A stretch of DNA of 64,000 nt from Macrostomum lignano (GCA_002269645.1 NIVC01002413.1:62001-126000); one strand, 5' to 3'. Positions 1-12,992 are shown, numbered from the stretch's first letter. The notes: generated from the letters alone by a model not told the origin. Numbers and translations are program-made.

Positions 1-421
1 ATTGCATTGCGTTAAGCTGGGTTTTTACCATAGACAAACTCAGTTGAAAACTGCTTCGTTTAGACTTTCAACCATAGATCTTATATTCCCTAGATAGGCC
101 ACTTTTGTATGGCGGCAATAGGGAACGCGCGACCACTTGTGCGAAAAAAGCCGACATGGGTTGCTTAAATTTTGAGTTCAGTAGCTTATGGACATAGACG
201 CTAGTTTTTTGAGAATTGAATAAAGCTTCGCATGGATTAATTAAAAAGCTACTCAATTGAACTAAAAATGATGAATTCACATGAATTCACTGCAGAGACT
301 ACTGACAAAATTGAGTTCAGTCGTTGATTTTCGCGCTGTCGCGAGAAGCGAATTTTTTTACATTAGCTTCTATGGCCACATAATCGGTTAATGATAGGCC
401 CATCTTGTGTATATATGGTAT

Positions 422-563
422 ATATTCCCCATTTATTTTGATGTCTAGCGGTCAAAGCAAGAGGTGTCTCGTTTATTGACCGGCGAAGCCGAGGCGAAGC
501 CGAGGTCAATGATCGAGACACCGAGTGCTTTTGGCCCTAGACAGCTAAATGAGTGGGGAATAT
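422..563. repeat. Long imperfect foldback palindrome next to the Crypton left end
   Basis: Paired arms read directly: ATATTCCCC/GGGGAATAT, TGTCTAG/CTAGACA, GGTGTCTCG/CGAGACACC, ATTGACC/GGTCAAT. The centre is GGCGAAGCCGAGGCGAAGCCGA. Confidence 0.85.
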
Positions 564-566
564 GAT

Positions 567-1620
567 ATGTATCCCCCGTTCGGTATGTTGGCTGCTAGCG
601 GGGATGAGGGGGCAGATTGCTCGCTGGGGGTGTGGGGGCGAAGCCCCACATTTAGGCCACAGACAAATTTTAATTTATTTGCATCGATGCACAGTGAGGC
701 AAACTAGCAAAAAGTCAAGGGGAACTAAAATACAAAAGAACTATAAAAAGTAACAATAAAAAATGAAAAGTATAAATTACGTTTTTAGTCTATGGCACAA
801 AGCTGAAGGCTAATCTAGAAAGAAATTACTGCACGTCGAAGTAAAGTTATTTGTGCAGCAAAACTGCAAGCCGGGAGACTTATACGACTGAGAGACGTGC
901 TGATTTTATCGACAAATAAGCCAAGAGATATGTCTGGACAGTCTGGTGCTCGACATCAAATCTTGTCGGATGCAGAAGCTGATGCGCTGGTAAGTGCAAC
1001 AGTACCACCAAATACGGTCAAGAAGAGTGCGTGGATGATATCGACGTTTAAAGAGTGGCACGAATGCAAAAAAGAAGACTGGGCAAAGAATGGCGGCTCC
1101 TCTCTGATGGTATTGAAATCTATGGACGAATTTACTAGGTCCGACTTGAACTATTTGCTGAAACTTTTCATCCTTGAGGTAAGGAGTAAGAAGCATGAGC
1201 GCTACTCGGCTGGAACTCTCAAGGACTTCGTGTCTATGCTGCAGTATGAAATGCGCAATGTCTACGGAAAGGACTGGAGCCTTTGGACGGATGTTCAGTT
1301 TGCTGAAAGTAGAAAATCGCTGGATGCGGCTATGAAGCTATCAACTGCGGAAGGAAAAGGAGTCGGGCTAAAAAAGTCAGAGCCTGTGACGAAATCTATC
1401 GAAGGAAATCGAACGAACTTTATATCACACATTTTGTGTCCTACAGTTGTAATTAAGCTTTTGTGTGTTACACTTTTTTGCTAGTTTTTGTTAGTCTATG
1501 GTTGTTGTCTCGAATTTATCAGCCCGCGGGGCAGCGGGAAATAAATGATTTATTCACCTAGGGAAATAAATGAAAACATGCGTCACATAGACACTCGCCC
1601 GGGGCAAAAGGGGGATACAT
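567..1620 (+). mobile_element. Internally deleted Crypton-like (tyrosine recombinase) DNA transposon
   Basis: Perfect 11-bp inverted termini ATGTATCCCCC (567-577) and GGGGGATACAT (1610-1620) enclose a DUF3504/ZMYM-QRICH1-like ORF. Confidence 0.65.
897..1484 (+). pseudogene. Truncated Crypton-type recombinase, N-terminal core-binding region only
   Basis: VPPNTVKKSAW..TFKEW, LNYLLKLFILEVRSKKHERYSAGTL and SRKSLDAAMKLSTAEGKG..KKSEPVT match the Crypton/DUF3504-associated N-terminal region. Similarity is lost after EPVT and the catalytic domain is absent. Confidence 0.7.
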
Positions 1621-1770
1621 GGACTTTGCTTTCTTCCTAATTGTAAATTAAACAAGTATCGTATGTTCAAGTAGTGCTAAAAAATTGGAACCTTCCTACC
1701 TTGGTATTGCATTTTTCGAGTGTAGCGAGTGTAAGCCCTTAAACATCTCAACTTACTTTTCATATCTCAG

Positions 1771-3772
1771 GGCCAAGCAGCAACTTTCATGCTGCGCCTC
1801 AGCTCGGCACCGCAGTTCACCGAGAAGCTCCGAGCTCTCGCCTTTCGTCACGGATTCGCCGAAAAGTCCATCGACTGCCGCAATCACCTGGCGCTGCTGT
1901 CGGCCGCCTGTCGTCAAGCGCTGGAAAGCCGAGCCCTGAGGCGTCTCCTGACTTTGACAGCGGCCTTGGTGGCCCTGCTTGGCCCGAGTCCAAATCAGGC
2001 GCTCCGAGGCGTCCGGGTTTCGGGTCTGTCCCGGTTGCTGGACGCCAGGACGACTGGAACGTCGGCATCGTCGAAGGCCGCGTCTACGTCAACTTGTTCA
2101 ACGGCGTTGCACTTTTTGTTGGCATTCGATTCCAGTTTGATGGCGCTTCCGTCGCAACTGCAGAAGCTGGCGCAGGTGAGTGAAATGAGATGACGCCACA
2201 CGGCAGCTGCGACAAAACGGCAAAGAAAAGTTACAAGCTCGAAACTAAAAGAGGACAAAATGACACATGATGGAGGACAAAATGACACATGATGGAGGAC
2301 AAAATGACACATGATGGAGGACAAAATGACACATGATGGAGGACAAAATGACACATGATGGAGGACAAAATGACACATGATGGAGGACAAAATGACACAT
2401 GATGGAGGACAAAATGACACATGATGGAGGACAAAATGACACATGATGGAGGACAAAATGACACATGATGGAGGACAAAATGACACATGATGGAGGACAA
2501 AATGACACATGATGGAGGATAAAAACACATAATGAAGGACAAAATGACACATAATGGAGGACAAAATGACACACGATGGAGGACAAAATGACACATGATG
2601 GAGGACAAAATGACACATGATGCAGGACAAAATGACACAGTCAAGTGGAACAAGTTATTAAAAAAATTCTATTCTACAGGCCGCAAGATCTCCGACGCCA
2701 CGAGAACTCGCCGAAGAGGTTGCCTCTTTAAGTTCGGCATTCACTGACGCCGTTCGCGCCCAATTGGCGCCAGATACTGGGCGCCAAATTGGCGCCGAGT
2801 TGCGTAGTCTACAGTCGGCGCTAACCGAATGCCAGGCCTTGTGGGAACAGCTACACAGGTGAGTGACGTGAATGCTTAGTATATTTAAGAACTTCACATG
2901 TGAGTCCAGGTAACCATGTACCTACGTACACTTCGAATGTGTGTCTACAGGTGAGGTCCTAGCTTGATCAGGTCAATTAAGTCAATCAAGTGGATAATTC
3001 AATTAAAAAATCAGCACCAAATTTCAGAAATGAAGTTCTGTTGCCAGATTATTTGCTTTGAAATTCTCTACTTCTACTGCAGTTCTGTGACAGTGGCTTT
3101 GATTGGCTTTATTGTCTATGGCCGAGAGCAGTTCTTTGGCAGTGGCTTTGATTGACTTTATTGTCTATAGCTGAGTGCAGTTCTGTGACAGTGGCTTTGA
3201 TTGGCTTTATTGTCTATGGCCGAGAGCAGTTCTGTGATAGTGGCTTTGATTGGCTTTATTGTCTATGGCCGAGTGCAGTTCTGTGACAGTGGCTTTGATT
3301 GGCTTTATTGTCTATGGCCGAGAGAAGTTCTTTGGCAGTGACTGCTGCTGCATCGAATGGGGACCACTTAACCCCAAAAATGTGTTTCCATTCAGTTCCA
3401 AGCCAAGACCGCGAAATCCTCAGGTACCTGTCCGAGCCGCAGGATGATCCCACGCTGCTCCAGGAGTTGGCCCGCTTCGCCCGAGAGGTGGCCAAAGCCA
3501 GTCATCAGATGAAGCTGGAACAGCAGCAGCAGACACGACGCCAACAGCAACAGCAAAAGCAACAAAAGCAGCAACAGCGGCCAAGTAGTCAGCAACAATT
3601 GCAAAAGCAAACAATGCAGCAGAAACAACAACAACCGCAACAACAGATTCACCGACAGCAGTCAGAGGGTGAGATGGACGATTTAATTAGCGCACTACAG
3701 TCTGGTAATATTTTTTCTGCTAGAAGAAGAACTCGAATTGTTGCTCCATCGTCGGAAGACAGCGTGGCTTAA
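1771..3772 (+). CDS. Formin-like protein, 3' part (C-terminal half of FH2, poly-Q, DAD); exons 1771-2175, 2680-2858, 3424-3772; 5' exons not found, probably upstream of the window
   Basis: FMLRLSSAPQFTEKLRALAFRHGF...TALHFLL aligns to the FH2 post region, RYLSEP corresponds to the YFGEDP motif, and GEMDDLISALQSGNIF..RRR is a Diaphanous/DAAM-type DAD. AG/GT sites keep the frame (phases 0, 2). Confidence 0.8.
2251..2640. repeat. 22-bp minisatellite GAGGACAAAATGACACATGATG (formin intron)
   Basis: Tandem copies read directly. Confidence 0.95.
3079..3340. repeat. ~49-bp minisatellite GCAGTTCTGTGACAGTGGCTTTGATTGGCTTTATTGTCTATGGCCGAGA, ~5 copies (formin intron)
   Basis: Tandem copies read directly. 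Confidence 0.9.
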
Positions 3773-3814
3773 CTCTGAGCATTTCGTGATTTCTGCCAAA
3801 GAGTCCCAAATCGA

Positions 3815-4205
3815 GTTTGTCTAGAGTCCCGAATCTAATGTGTCTAGAGTCCCGAATCAAGTGTGTCTAGATTCCCGAATATAGTGTGTCTAGAGTCCCG
3901 AATGGAGTGTGTCTAGAGTCCCGAATATAGTGTGTCTAGAGCCCCGAATCTGGTGTCTCTAGAGTCCCGAATATAGTGTGTCTAGAGCCCCGAATCTGGT
4001 GTCTCTAGAGTCTCGAATCTAATGTGTCTAGAGTTCCGAATGGAATGTTTCTAGAGTCTCAAATCTAATTTGTCTAGAGTCCCGAATCTAAGGTGTATAG
4101 AGTCCCGAATGGAGTGTGTCTAGAGTAACGAATTTAATGTGTCTAGAGTCCCGAATCGAGCGTGTGTAGAGTAACGAATCTAATGTGTCTCTGGAGTCCC
4201 GATTT
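3815..4205. repeat. 22-bp minisatellite with core GTGTCTAGAGTCCCGAAT
   Basis: Tandem copies read directly. Confidence 0.9.
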
Positions 4206-6479
4206 CTAAATTAGAACTAATGGTGCTAATGTATTTCTTCACTAGATTACACGTTCCATTGCAATCAAATTGACTGTTTACATGTATATAACTATCGTTG
4301 CATGAGGCTTGCCTTCCTATTTTTAAATGGCTATAGCAATTTTAAATTTTTAAGTCAATGCGGCCCAGGATCAAGCAGTTTAATTGCTAGCGTGAAAATC
4401 AAGCTTGGCTCGGAAAAGGGGGTCTGAGGAGCAGCCAAGTTGAGAGTTTGGACTCGGCAATCAATCCTTTTCACAGTGAGTTCTTCCTGTATTGCTAAGC
4501 CAACGTCTGCTGTTAGATGGCATACGAAAAATCAATGGACATAAACCTTTTGTTTTCTTTATACATGTACGTCCAGTCACCTCTTTCGACGGCAGCGACA
4601 ATCAGGTCGTGCACTTTTCGTTGCTTACCCATGCTCTACCCAGGTTCTCCTTCGTCTGCCATATTCATATGCTTGTCTGATGGAAACTGTTATTGTCTAT
4701 GGTCCATGGCTGGCACTATTCTCTCCAATTGGCTGCTCCCTGCAGACCCATTTGGGCCATAGACAATGAAAGCAATTCTTTAATAGCTTGATTCTCCCGC
4801 TAGGGATTAAACTGCTTGCAGCTCCCTGACTCAGTTGGCTTGAAAAAATATTAAAATGCAATCTTTTGTTACTTGCAAACTTCTCCAGTCCTTTAAACAT
4901 GTATCTAGCTAAAATACATGTACATATAGACAAATGTGTATCTCTTCTTTAAATATGCATGCTATCTGCTTGTTAGCTTGTTAGATAAATGCAGGCCAGT
5001 TTTTATAGAGCTTACATGTTATGGCTAATGACCAAATGTAAAACGCTTGGCTACCATCATTCTGTAAAGCTGCTTTGTTTTAAAACTACGTCTTTTCATT
5101 GATTGGCTGTCTTACTTTTCTTGTACACACCAGTTTATTGTTTTTGTTTTTTAAATGCAATCTAAATGTCGATTTTCGATTGTTTTGTTGAAATTAAAAT
5201 TTTAAGAAAACTTTCCATATATCCGGAAACTAGGATGAAAGGACGTTTGTAGTTACTGTTGGTCTGTACTAATTTAAACAAACAATGTCTATAAAAAGTG
5301 GTTTACAACCCAATTTTGGAAACTAATTAACCTGGAAATGACACATTTAAATATAACATGCGTTTAACTAATAAATTAGTAGCTAAAATTTTGGTACAAA
5401 TTATTTTTTCATTTTTAGTGTCCAAAATGGAAGCTTGACTTAGAATCTTAAACAATATTAAATTTAGTTCTCGCAATTTCCACTGCTTCATCAAACTGTT
5501 TCAGTTTCTAATTGAGCTATTTATACTATCAAATTTGTTTTTTTGCTTAACTAAACTAAAAAAATGTTGCATTTTTGAAATGCTTAATGCAGATGCATGT
5601 ACAAATCGAGCCATCGCAATCTTCTTAATGTTTTTCTCTTCGCTGTGATACATCACGGATGTTACTCTTAATCTCATTACGTGCATTCTTTTATCCATTT
5701 TAATTTAGCCTACCAAGTACAGCAATTACAGTTGCATATTATGTGCATACATACAATCGCATGTATAAACTACGTGTAGCTACTAAAAGAACGCAAACTA
5801 TTCTTTTATCTGACTTCTATCCTGTATATAAAATGTAGCTAGTTACTGCACAAAAATATCTGTCAGTTGAAGTGCTTTAAAACGTGTGCAATTTTCAAGT
5901 ACATGCCAAATAAAGAAAATATTAAAAATATACGCGTACGTCCCATTGGACTTATGAATAAATTAATATTTTAATAAGAACTTTCTACCTAGTTGTCTAG
6001 GGCTAATGGTAATTAACATATGATTTTCAATTTTTTCATTGAAAAACACACATAGCAGGCACTAAAACTACATGTACCTGCAAAAATTGTTTGCGATTCT
6101 TGGTTTCGACTCCTCTTAAGGATTGCACAGTTAGGAACACTTATTTTGTTATCCTTGAATTGCATGGTTAATCCTCTATTGGATGACCTGTGCAGTCCGC
6201 ACAGTTGTACCACCCTCTTAAAACCACATGCAGCTTTCCTTGTATTGGGTATAGCTATAGCCAATCAATTTATGGCAACTGTCTACATGTACATGAGCAA
6301 GCACTCTGACCTTCTATGCAGACTCAGTAAACATTATGTGAACGAGTGGCGTACTACGCTGAACCTGACAGGTAACCCTACGGATGAGCGCAGGAACGGG
6401 CTACGGTAGGTCTTTGCTACCGGAGTCGCTGTTGCCAGAAAGTTTCAGCATAGCACTAGTAGTCAGCACAGCCGATGTT

Positions 6480-7260
6480 GTGACTGTGAGGTTCGCTAAA
6501 CGATCAACCGTCGACTCTCCCAACGGATGCTGTTATCGAGGTTGCAGCCCGTGCTGGATCCGTACGGTACCAGCGATCTGAGCTAGCAGAACAGGTCCAG
6601 ACCCAACTTTCATTGTGGTGGTAAGAAATACACGAATAGATCCTGATTGTTATCATCTTCATAGATCGCAAGAAAGCATTCGACTCGGTCGTCAGGTCTG
6701 TGCTCCCAATGATGCTCCGTTTTCTTTCCGTGTCCTGCAGTTACCTCGCCTTGATGATGACCTCAACCATCGAGGGCGCTTGGCTACAGCTGGACATTCT
6801 GGTTGCCATGAAGTTGTGGCGAGTGTCGGCCATGTGGTCAACACCCCAGAATACCGTCGTGTTCTGTGTGATGGACGGCATGGAAGTCTGGGATTTAATG
6901 CTAAGGTGCTGACGAACTTCCGCGATGTCCGCATTTCGGAGAACTCGGCGGTCTGCTCCCCAACGTTTGCCTGGCCTAGCTGTCTTTCGTGCAGTGACAG
7001 CAGCGGTCCTGTTTGTTTAAGACCCTTTGATCAGTATCTGAGTGCTAGGAGGCGACGTTGTTCCAGGAGGTGGTTGCAAACGTCCAGCTTTACTGTACAA
7101 CACCCGGGACCTGGACTCTAACGGACTGCATGGCCTGTCCCGTCCAAGCGACCTGTTGTGCAGTCGGCGACTCCAGCTGGCAGGCCGCATCATCCGCGCC
7201 GAGTCGCACTGCCCGCAGCCGGTGCAGGAGGTTGGGCAGCTGACGCTGCAGGATATCATA
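6480..7260 (+). mobile_element. Decayed non-LTR (RTE-like) retrotransposon reverse transcriptase fragment
   Basis: QRMLLSRLQPVLDP, FIDRKKAFDSVVRSVLPMMLR and LQLAGRIIRAESHCPQPVQEV occur in different frames, with stops and deletions between them. Confidence 0.75.
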
Positions 7261-7893
7261 ACTACCAGCGAGGTTTGTTTCTTTTGGTTTTTGGAAATTT
7301 AAAGTTTTTGGATTCTTACTACTTAGATCATACATACATGTACGCTCGTACTACGTCCAGATTTTAAAATCGAGTGAACTACTAACAGTAGGATAAACGT
7401 AAGTAATGACTATTTTCTTATATCATATTTCATATCAAGCTATATTGATCTATAATGAAACTTAAAAGAAGTAATTAGTATCAATTTCTCACTAGTGCGC
7501 TGTGACCTACGAGTATAATTTGATCCAAACTGATTCGATGAAATCATGAGTACCATTGCGCTTGCAATATCCTACACTACTGTATCCTCATGTTTAACGA
7601 GACGAGTTATTATTGGATTTAATTGGAATTGAGTTGCTTAAGTTAACTGCTACTCAATGTTAACATTTGAATTTATCTCGAATTTCGTTTGTAAACATCC
7701 TTCAATTCCCGGGGGGCGGTTGACTCTGGACAAAATATTAGTGTGAAGCTCTGGAATCGCAAGACCTGTGTTAATCGCGTTTGCTGTACAATTAATTTTT
7801 ATGATACCTTAGAAAGACCGTAAACATAGTTGATGCGGGATGCAGGAATAATGCAGGAATTGGAAACTGGCAGAATAATCTTCTGCTGTCCAG

Positions 7894-8555
7894 GAGGCCT
7901 GCGGGAAGTGCCGACACTAGCAGCTCCAGCCTACCTCAGCTGTGCATGGGTGAGTGAGCTGGGCTTTGATTTGCCGCCTCTGCACTTTGCAGCACCGCAA
8001 CCGAACATATCGCTCCCTCCGTTCCAGATGAGGGAGACGGTGAAGTGCTGGACGACTTTCCAGCGCAGAGTCGACGGCTCCGTCAGCTTCAACTGCAGCT
8101 GGTCGGAATACGTGAGCGGATTTGGTCAGGGCGAGAGTCTCAACTACTGGATGTGGCTGGAGAGGCTGCACCAGCTCACCGCTCACCGCCACTGGGCTGA
8201 GAATGCTCCGTTCTCTGTTGCCACAGCGGCCGATAAGTACAAGTGCTCGATGGGACCTCTGGACGCGACCAAATCGAGTGTTGGACAGCGCACTGAACTG
8301 CGCTGGTCTCCTAACAACCAGTTCTTCACCACATTTGATTCCGACAACGACATGTTCAGTAGTGACAAATGCGCAAAACAGTTTTCGTGTGGCTGGTGGC
8401 ACGGCTACTGCACCTTCGTCAACCCGATTGGAGTCTACCGTGAATATCCAGATATTTACGAAGAACAAGGAGTCTATTACTACCTAAACGACACGGGAGT
8501 CCTATATTTTAGGTACTCTATGAAGAGCTTCGAATGTCTAACAGTCAGGAATTGA
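7894..8555 (+). pseudogene. Fibrinogen-related domain (FReD) gene, probably decayed; putative exons 7894-7949 and 8028-8555
   Basis: WTTFQRRVDGSVSF, GFG, FTTFDSDND, CA and GWWHGYC motifs. The usual LRIDL..G..YA.Y segment is missing, FWLG has become YWMW, and the CDM..DG motif appears only in a shifted frame. Confidence 0.7.
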
Positions 8556-8621
8556 CAAATCGCGTGGCAGTGTTGAGAAGTCTATTATGAAGACTTGGAG
8601 GCTTAAAATAAGTAAGACAAG

Positions 8622-8855
8622 TGAATAGTGAATACTGTATAGTGAATAGTGAGTAGTGAATAGTGAATAGTGAATAGTGAATAGTGAATAGTGAATAGTG
8701 AATGGTGAATAGTGAATAGTGAATAGTGAATAGTGAATAGTGAATGGTGAATAGTGAATGGTGAATAGTGAATACTGAATACTGAAAAGTGAATGGTGAA
8801 TGGTAAATAGTGAATACTGAATAGTGAACACTGAATAGTGAGTGGTGAATAGGGA
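8622..8855. repeat. (GTGAATA)n 7-bp tandem repeat
   Basis: Read directly. Confidence 0.95.
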
Positions 8856-9579
8856 ATGGGTCTCATCCTAATGTCTATGAGTCCCATTCTAATGTCTATG
8901 AGTCCTACTTTACTACTTAATTGTCTATGAGTCCTACTTAATTGTCTATGAGTGCAATTCAAACATTCGTGATTATGACTTTAACTTTTATTTATTCACC
9001 GTATTTCTTCTAGTTTAACTGTACAATTTGAAAATTTCCTGCGAATAGCGACCATATTTTGTACTTTCCAACTTACAAGAATGTTAATGAGAGTTTTTAT
9101 TACGTTTCTCTTACGGCTGCATTGTGTGTGAAAATTATTTAGAACTGTTTTAATCCCTATACAAATTTAAATCTTAAACTACTTTGAAAGTCGTTTACTC
9201 GTCATAATAAAAACAATTTCGTGTGTTTATAGCGAATTTAAATAAAAGAGTTATAAATTTATTATTCTAACGTGGTCAACCGTTAGAAATGATGAAAGCA
9301 AGAACGAAATTAAAGATACTATACCAGAGAGTAATTGAATGAGATGTTTGTTGAGTAATTAATTCCCCCTGACGATTTATTTTGCTGCACTGCAACAAGG
9401 CAACGCAGACACAAAATTAAAAAACGAGCAAACTTTCTGTTGCAAACCTTCTAAAAAATCAAGTCGCTAGTCCTCCGCACCGTCGAGATATTCGACGATT
9501 CTGCCAGAAGGTTGTATTTTTCCTATAAGCGCTGGTGTATTCAGTACACCCCTGTGCGCCAATCAGCACTGCGCCTAAG

Positions 9580-10800
9580 TGCGTGCAGCCTTGGCAAGCC
9601 TTCAAATTTCATCAGCACGTCGACTACATGTGACATGTGACTGCATCAGCTCTGACTTCGTTGGTCACTGGCCTTCGCCCAGGCGGAGCTTCTGGACCTT
9701 CAACTGGTGGCACCAGATGACTATGGACACCCTGTTTGCAAAATTCTCGAGTTTCACTGATCAAGCCTCGACAGTGGACAAATCACAACTGCTGGACATC
9801 CTCAGCTAGTCTCTCGAGAATTCCATCATTACCCCAACAGAGAGGGGGCAGCGAAACAGCATCAAGATGTCTGGAGCTTCGGCGTGGGACCAGCAAGTAC
9901 ATGTGTAGTAGCTGTCATATCCTCACAAAGATACGGGACGAAGCACGTAGTCTACAACCACGAGGAAGAGCAGAAGGGGCCAGCGCGTCGCCCTGAAAAA
10001 CGCCTCAGCTGGTGCCGAATTATTCTCGTGGGGCCGTCCCGCTGTCGACGGGTCAATTGCAGCTGCCTCGATGACAGAGCGGATGGTGCATGATGGCAAC
10101 CTGCTCAGTAGTGGACCTGCTTTGGAGGCTCAGCAGTAGCGGGTCAAGGACTTCTAGACTAACAGGACGCACCACTCCAAATTTGTGCAAAAAGTTTAGA
10201 AGGCCAGTTTTTCTTTTTTTCGACCCTGACTCTTCAGAAGTAGATGCATGCATTGATTAATTTGTCGTTCATCTAGCTCTGCATGCCAAGTATAGAAGGC
10301 CAGTGTAATGGGCATACAGGCCTAAGAAGGAAAGTATATTGGAGTCTTTGGAGAATAAGCTGCATGTTTATGGCAATTCGCGATGCAATGCAAAGATAAA
10401 AATATTGATAAGGGCATTTAAATTAATATATAATGCAGTTAACAACAGAAAGAAACAAGAAACTGCTTGGTTTTGCTTCATTTTTGTACGACGGAAATGC
10501 GCATGCTTTGCTGTAACAGGCCTTTTAAACTTTTTCCACAATCGGCGAGTGTCCGTCCTTCTTGGTCTAGAAGTCCTTGCAGCGGGTTGAGGCCGGAGGC
10601 AGGAGAGGCGGTCGTGCAGAACTGCGTTAAGAAGCTTCCATGCTGTGTATTCCAGCGCGATGCCCCGTTGGTTTTCCACTGCAGCAGGTGCATGCAGTGC
10701 AGGGAGGCACCTTTTTTCGGCAAGGGATCGGAGACAATCTTGGAGCTGCGCCATAATTGCTGAGGAACTGAGGTGGCCTCGTTGCCTCCAAAGCTTGCAG
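9580..10800 (-). mobile_element. Decayed non-LTR retrotransposon RT fragment
   Basis: Minus strand QRGIALEYTAWKLLNAVLHDRL (RT domains 1-2), GVFQGDALAP then a frameshift to LLFLVVVDYVLR, and RADEI..RLAKAAR. Confidence 0.75.
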
Positions 10801-11975
10801 TGCTTGTTCAGCAGGCTGGTGATGATTGGAGTGAGCTCGACAGACAGCTCGAGAACCCTGGGGAGGGGATGCGTCCACCCCAGCGGCGGCATCAATGCAG
10901 CGGAACATCTCTCTGTGGTTCTCAATTAAGTTGAAATTCTATTTTTTTTCGCAGACTGAAGTCTATTTGCACCTCTAAAAATTTGAATTGGATGTTGAAT
11001 ACTTCCGCTCCGCACATCCCCCATAATCTGAAATACTAATAACTGCGTGCCTGCTAATGACGTGACACCAATGCAAACGTACGTTACTAAGGATTTTATT
11101 AAGTTTGAATTTATTAAATTTAGATATGTTATTTAAAAAACTAAAAAAAGTTCATTCAGAAACTAAATAAACTAAATATTTTGTTTTAACTATTTGCAAG
11201 TAAATTCAAAACTTTGATTTTAATGATTTTAGTTCGTTTTTTTGCAGCCATCCAGGGAATACACTGACTGACTGACTGCAGTCAGTGACTGGCATGACTG
11301 GAAGTTGTAATATTTCACGATCGTTTGTCATAATTAGAGTAATGACAAAAACACAAAAATATTGGCTACGTTAGACTCGCGCTAGGCACACAGGACAGCA
11401 CAGGAAAAACATGTCTACATTTCGATGATATCAATCTCAATCAGATTGCCTTAGCCTTAAGTCTACCCTTATTGTTGTTTTTAGGCCCTATTAATCGAAG
11501 GACAGTTTTTCAGCGTCAGATAGTTTTTATGGATCAACAATTCTGGACAGCAATTCTAGGCACTAGGCCTATCTAGATAATAGATGTTTTTTTTCACTTT
11601 TTAAGTTTAGTTTTTTAGTTGAACTTCAAGGTATCATTAGGCCTGTCAAAGATAGTTATGTCTAGCACTAGTAAAAAGTTAAGGCTTACTAGTCAGTTGG
11701 CCTAGCATTAGATTTAAAAATAAATATTATGGGCTTATGAATAGCTAGAAACTTTATAGCCTTTACTATACTTATAGCCTAACACTAATATATCCTAGGC
11801 CTAATGTGCAGTATAGTTAAGTAGGCCCCTATAGGGCCTAGATCTAGCTAGGCGCTTATGCCTATCGGTGCAAATGTGCAGGCATGGATCCAGAAAATTT
11901 TTGAGGGGGGGGGCAAGCCGGCAAGCTAAACCAAGCATTAGGGGAGGGGGGCTAGGCCTATAAGTATAACTACAA

Positions 11976-12992
11976 TAGAGCTGTCAAAATTAGAGATTTT
12001 ATTCGAGACGAGATTCGAGACGAGAAAGGCTTATAAGTCAAGAATTTCAAGACAAGACAAGACAAAGTAAATCTAAAAAATATATTTCAGAATTGCATCT
12101 TGTCTTGCTCTTATCTTGCCTTATCTTGTCTTAAATTTCTTGATAAGATACAATTCTATAATATATTTTTTAGATTTTCCAGAATACTTTCTTAATTCTA
12201 GTTTAAATTCTTTGCTATTTATTCATAAGAACTTATGCTTGTAGCATATAGGCATTTGGCCCTACTGTACTATGTCTATTACTAATTCATCAAAAGACCT
12301 GTGTAGATTGTCTTCAAGTCTGCTATGATATACCTTGCTGCAGAACTGAAATGATAACTAACATACATGCGCAACCTCCAAAATTCAGTCAGCCATGTGA
12401 CTTATTTTTAACAAAAATGTGACTTGCATGTAAAAAACCGTAAAGCAAAATGAATGCAACTTTGGGTAAATGGCAGGAGTAACTATAACTCTTTTATTAA
12501 GCCAAAATGCCTCGTCAGCTACTTAGTACTACTACTTGGATGTTAGTACTAAGTAGCTGACAAGGCACTTTGGCATTTGGGCATTTTTGCGACTTCTTTG
12601 GTTGGTCGCCAAATCGGTCGGCCGGATTGGCCGACTCGGCCGACTGTTGCGCATGTATGATAACTAAAAGAGTGCATATGCAATGCAAACTTGAATATAA
12701 TGACGTTCGTTAAATAACTGCTTAACATTGGCTAGATTTTACCATTTGAAAATTGCCCTATCAAGTGTGTTACAACAAACAGACATTGTATTTATATGAA
12801 AATTTGCTCCCCTTTTTATATCTTATCACTTAAAAGCTTTTGAAAAAGGTATCAGAAAAATTCTTGAATCTCGTCTAGAATTTCTTGACAAAATTTGAGA
12901 TTTCTCAAGATGAGAAAAAATATTAAAATGTCAAGATCTTGTCTCGAATCTTGTCTCGAATCTTGTCTCGTTGAGATCTTGTGATAGCTCTA
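11976..12992. mobile_element. Non-autonomous hAT-like MITE
   Basis: Termini TAGAGCTGTCAAAAT / TTGTGATAGCTCTA, subterminal CGAGACGAGATT vs AATCTTGTCTCG repeats, and a near-identical 8-bp flank AACTACAA / AACTATAA (putative TSD). Confidence 0.7.
12464..12527 (+). pseudogene. Degenerate 28S rRNA fragment spanning the R2 / I-PpoI target region
   Basis: GGGTAAATGGCAGGAGTAACTATAACTCTTTTATTAAGCCAAAATGCCTCGTCAGCTACTTAGT versus the universal 28S GGGTAAACGGCGGGAGTAACTATGACTCTCTTAAGGTAGCCAAATGCCTCGTCATCTAATTAGT. Confidence 0.8.
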
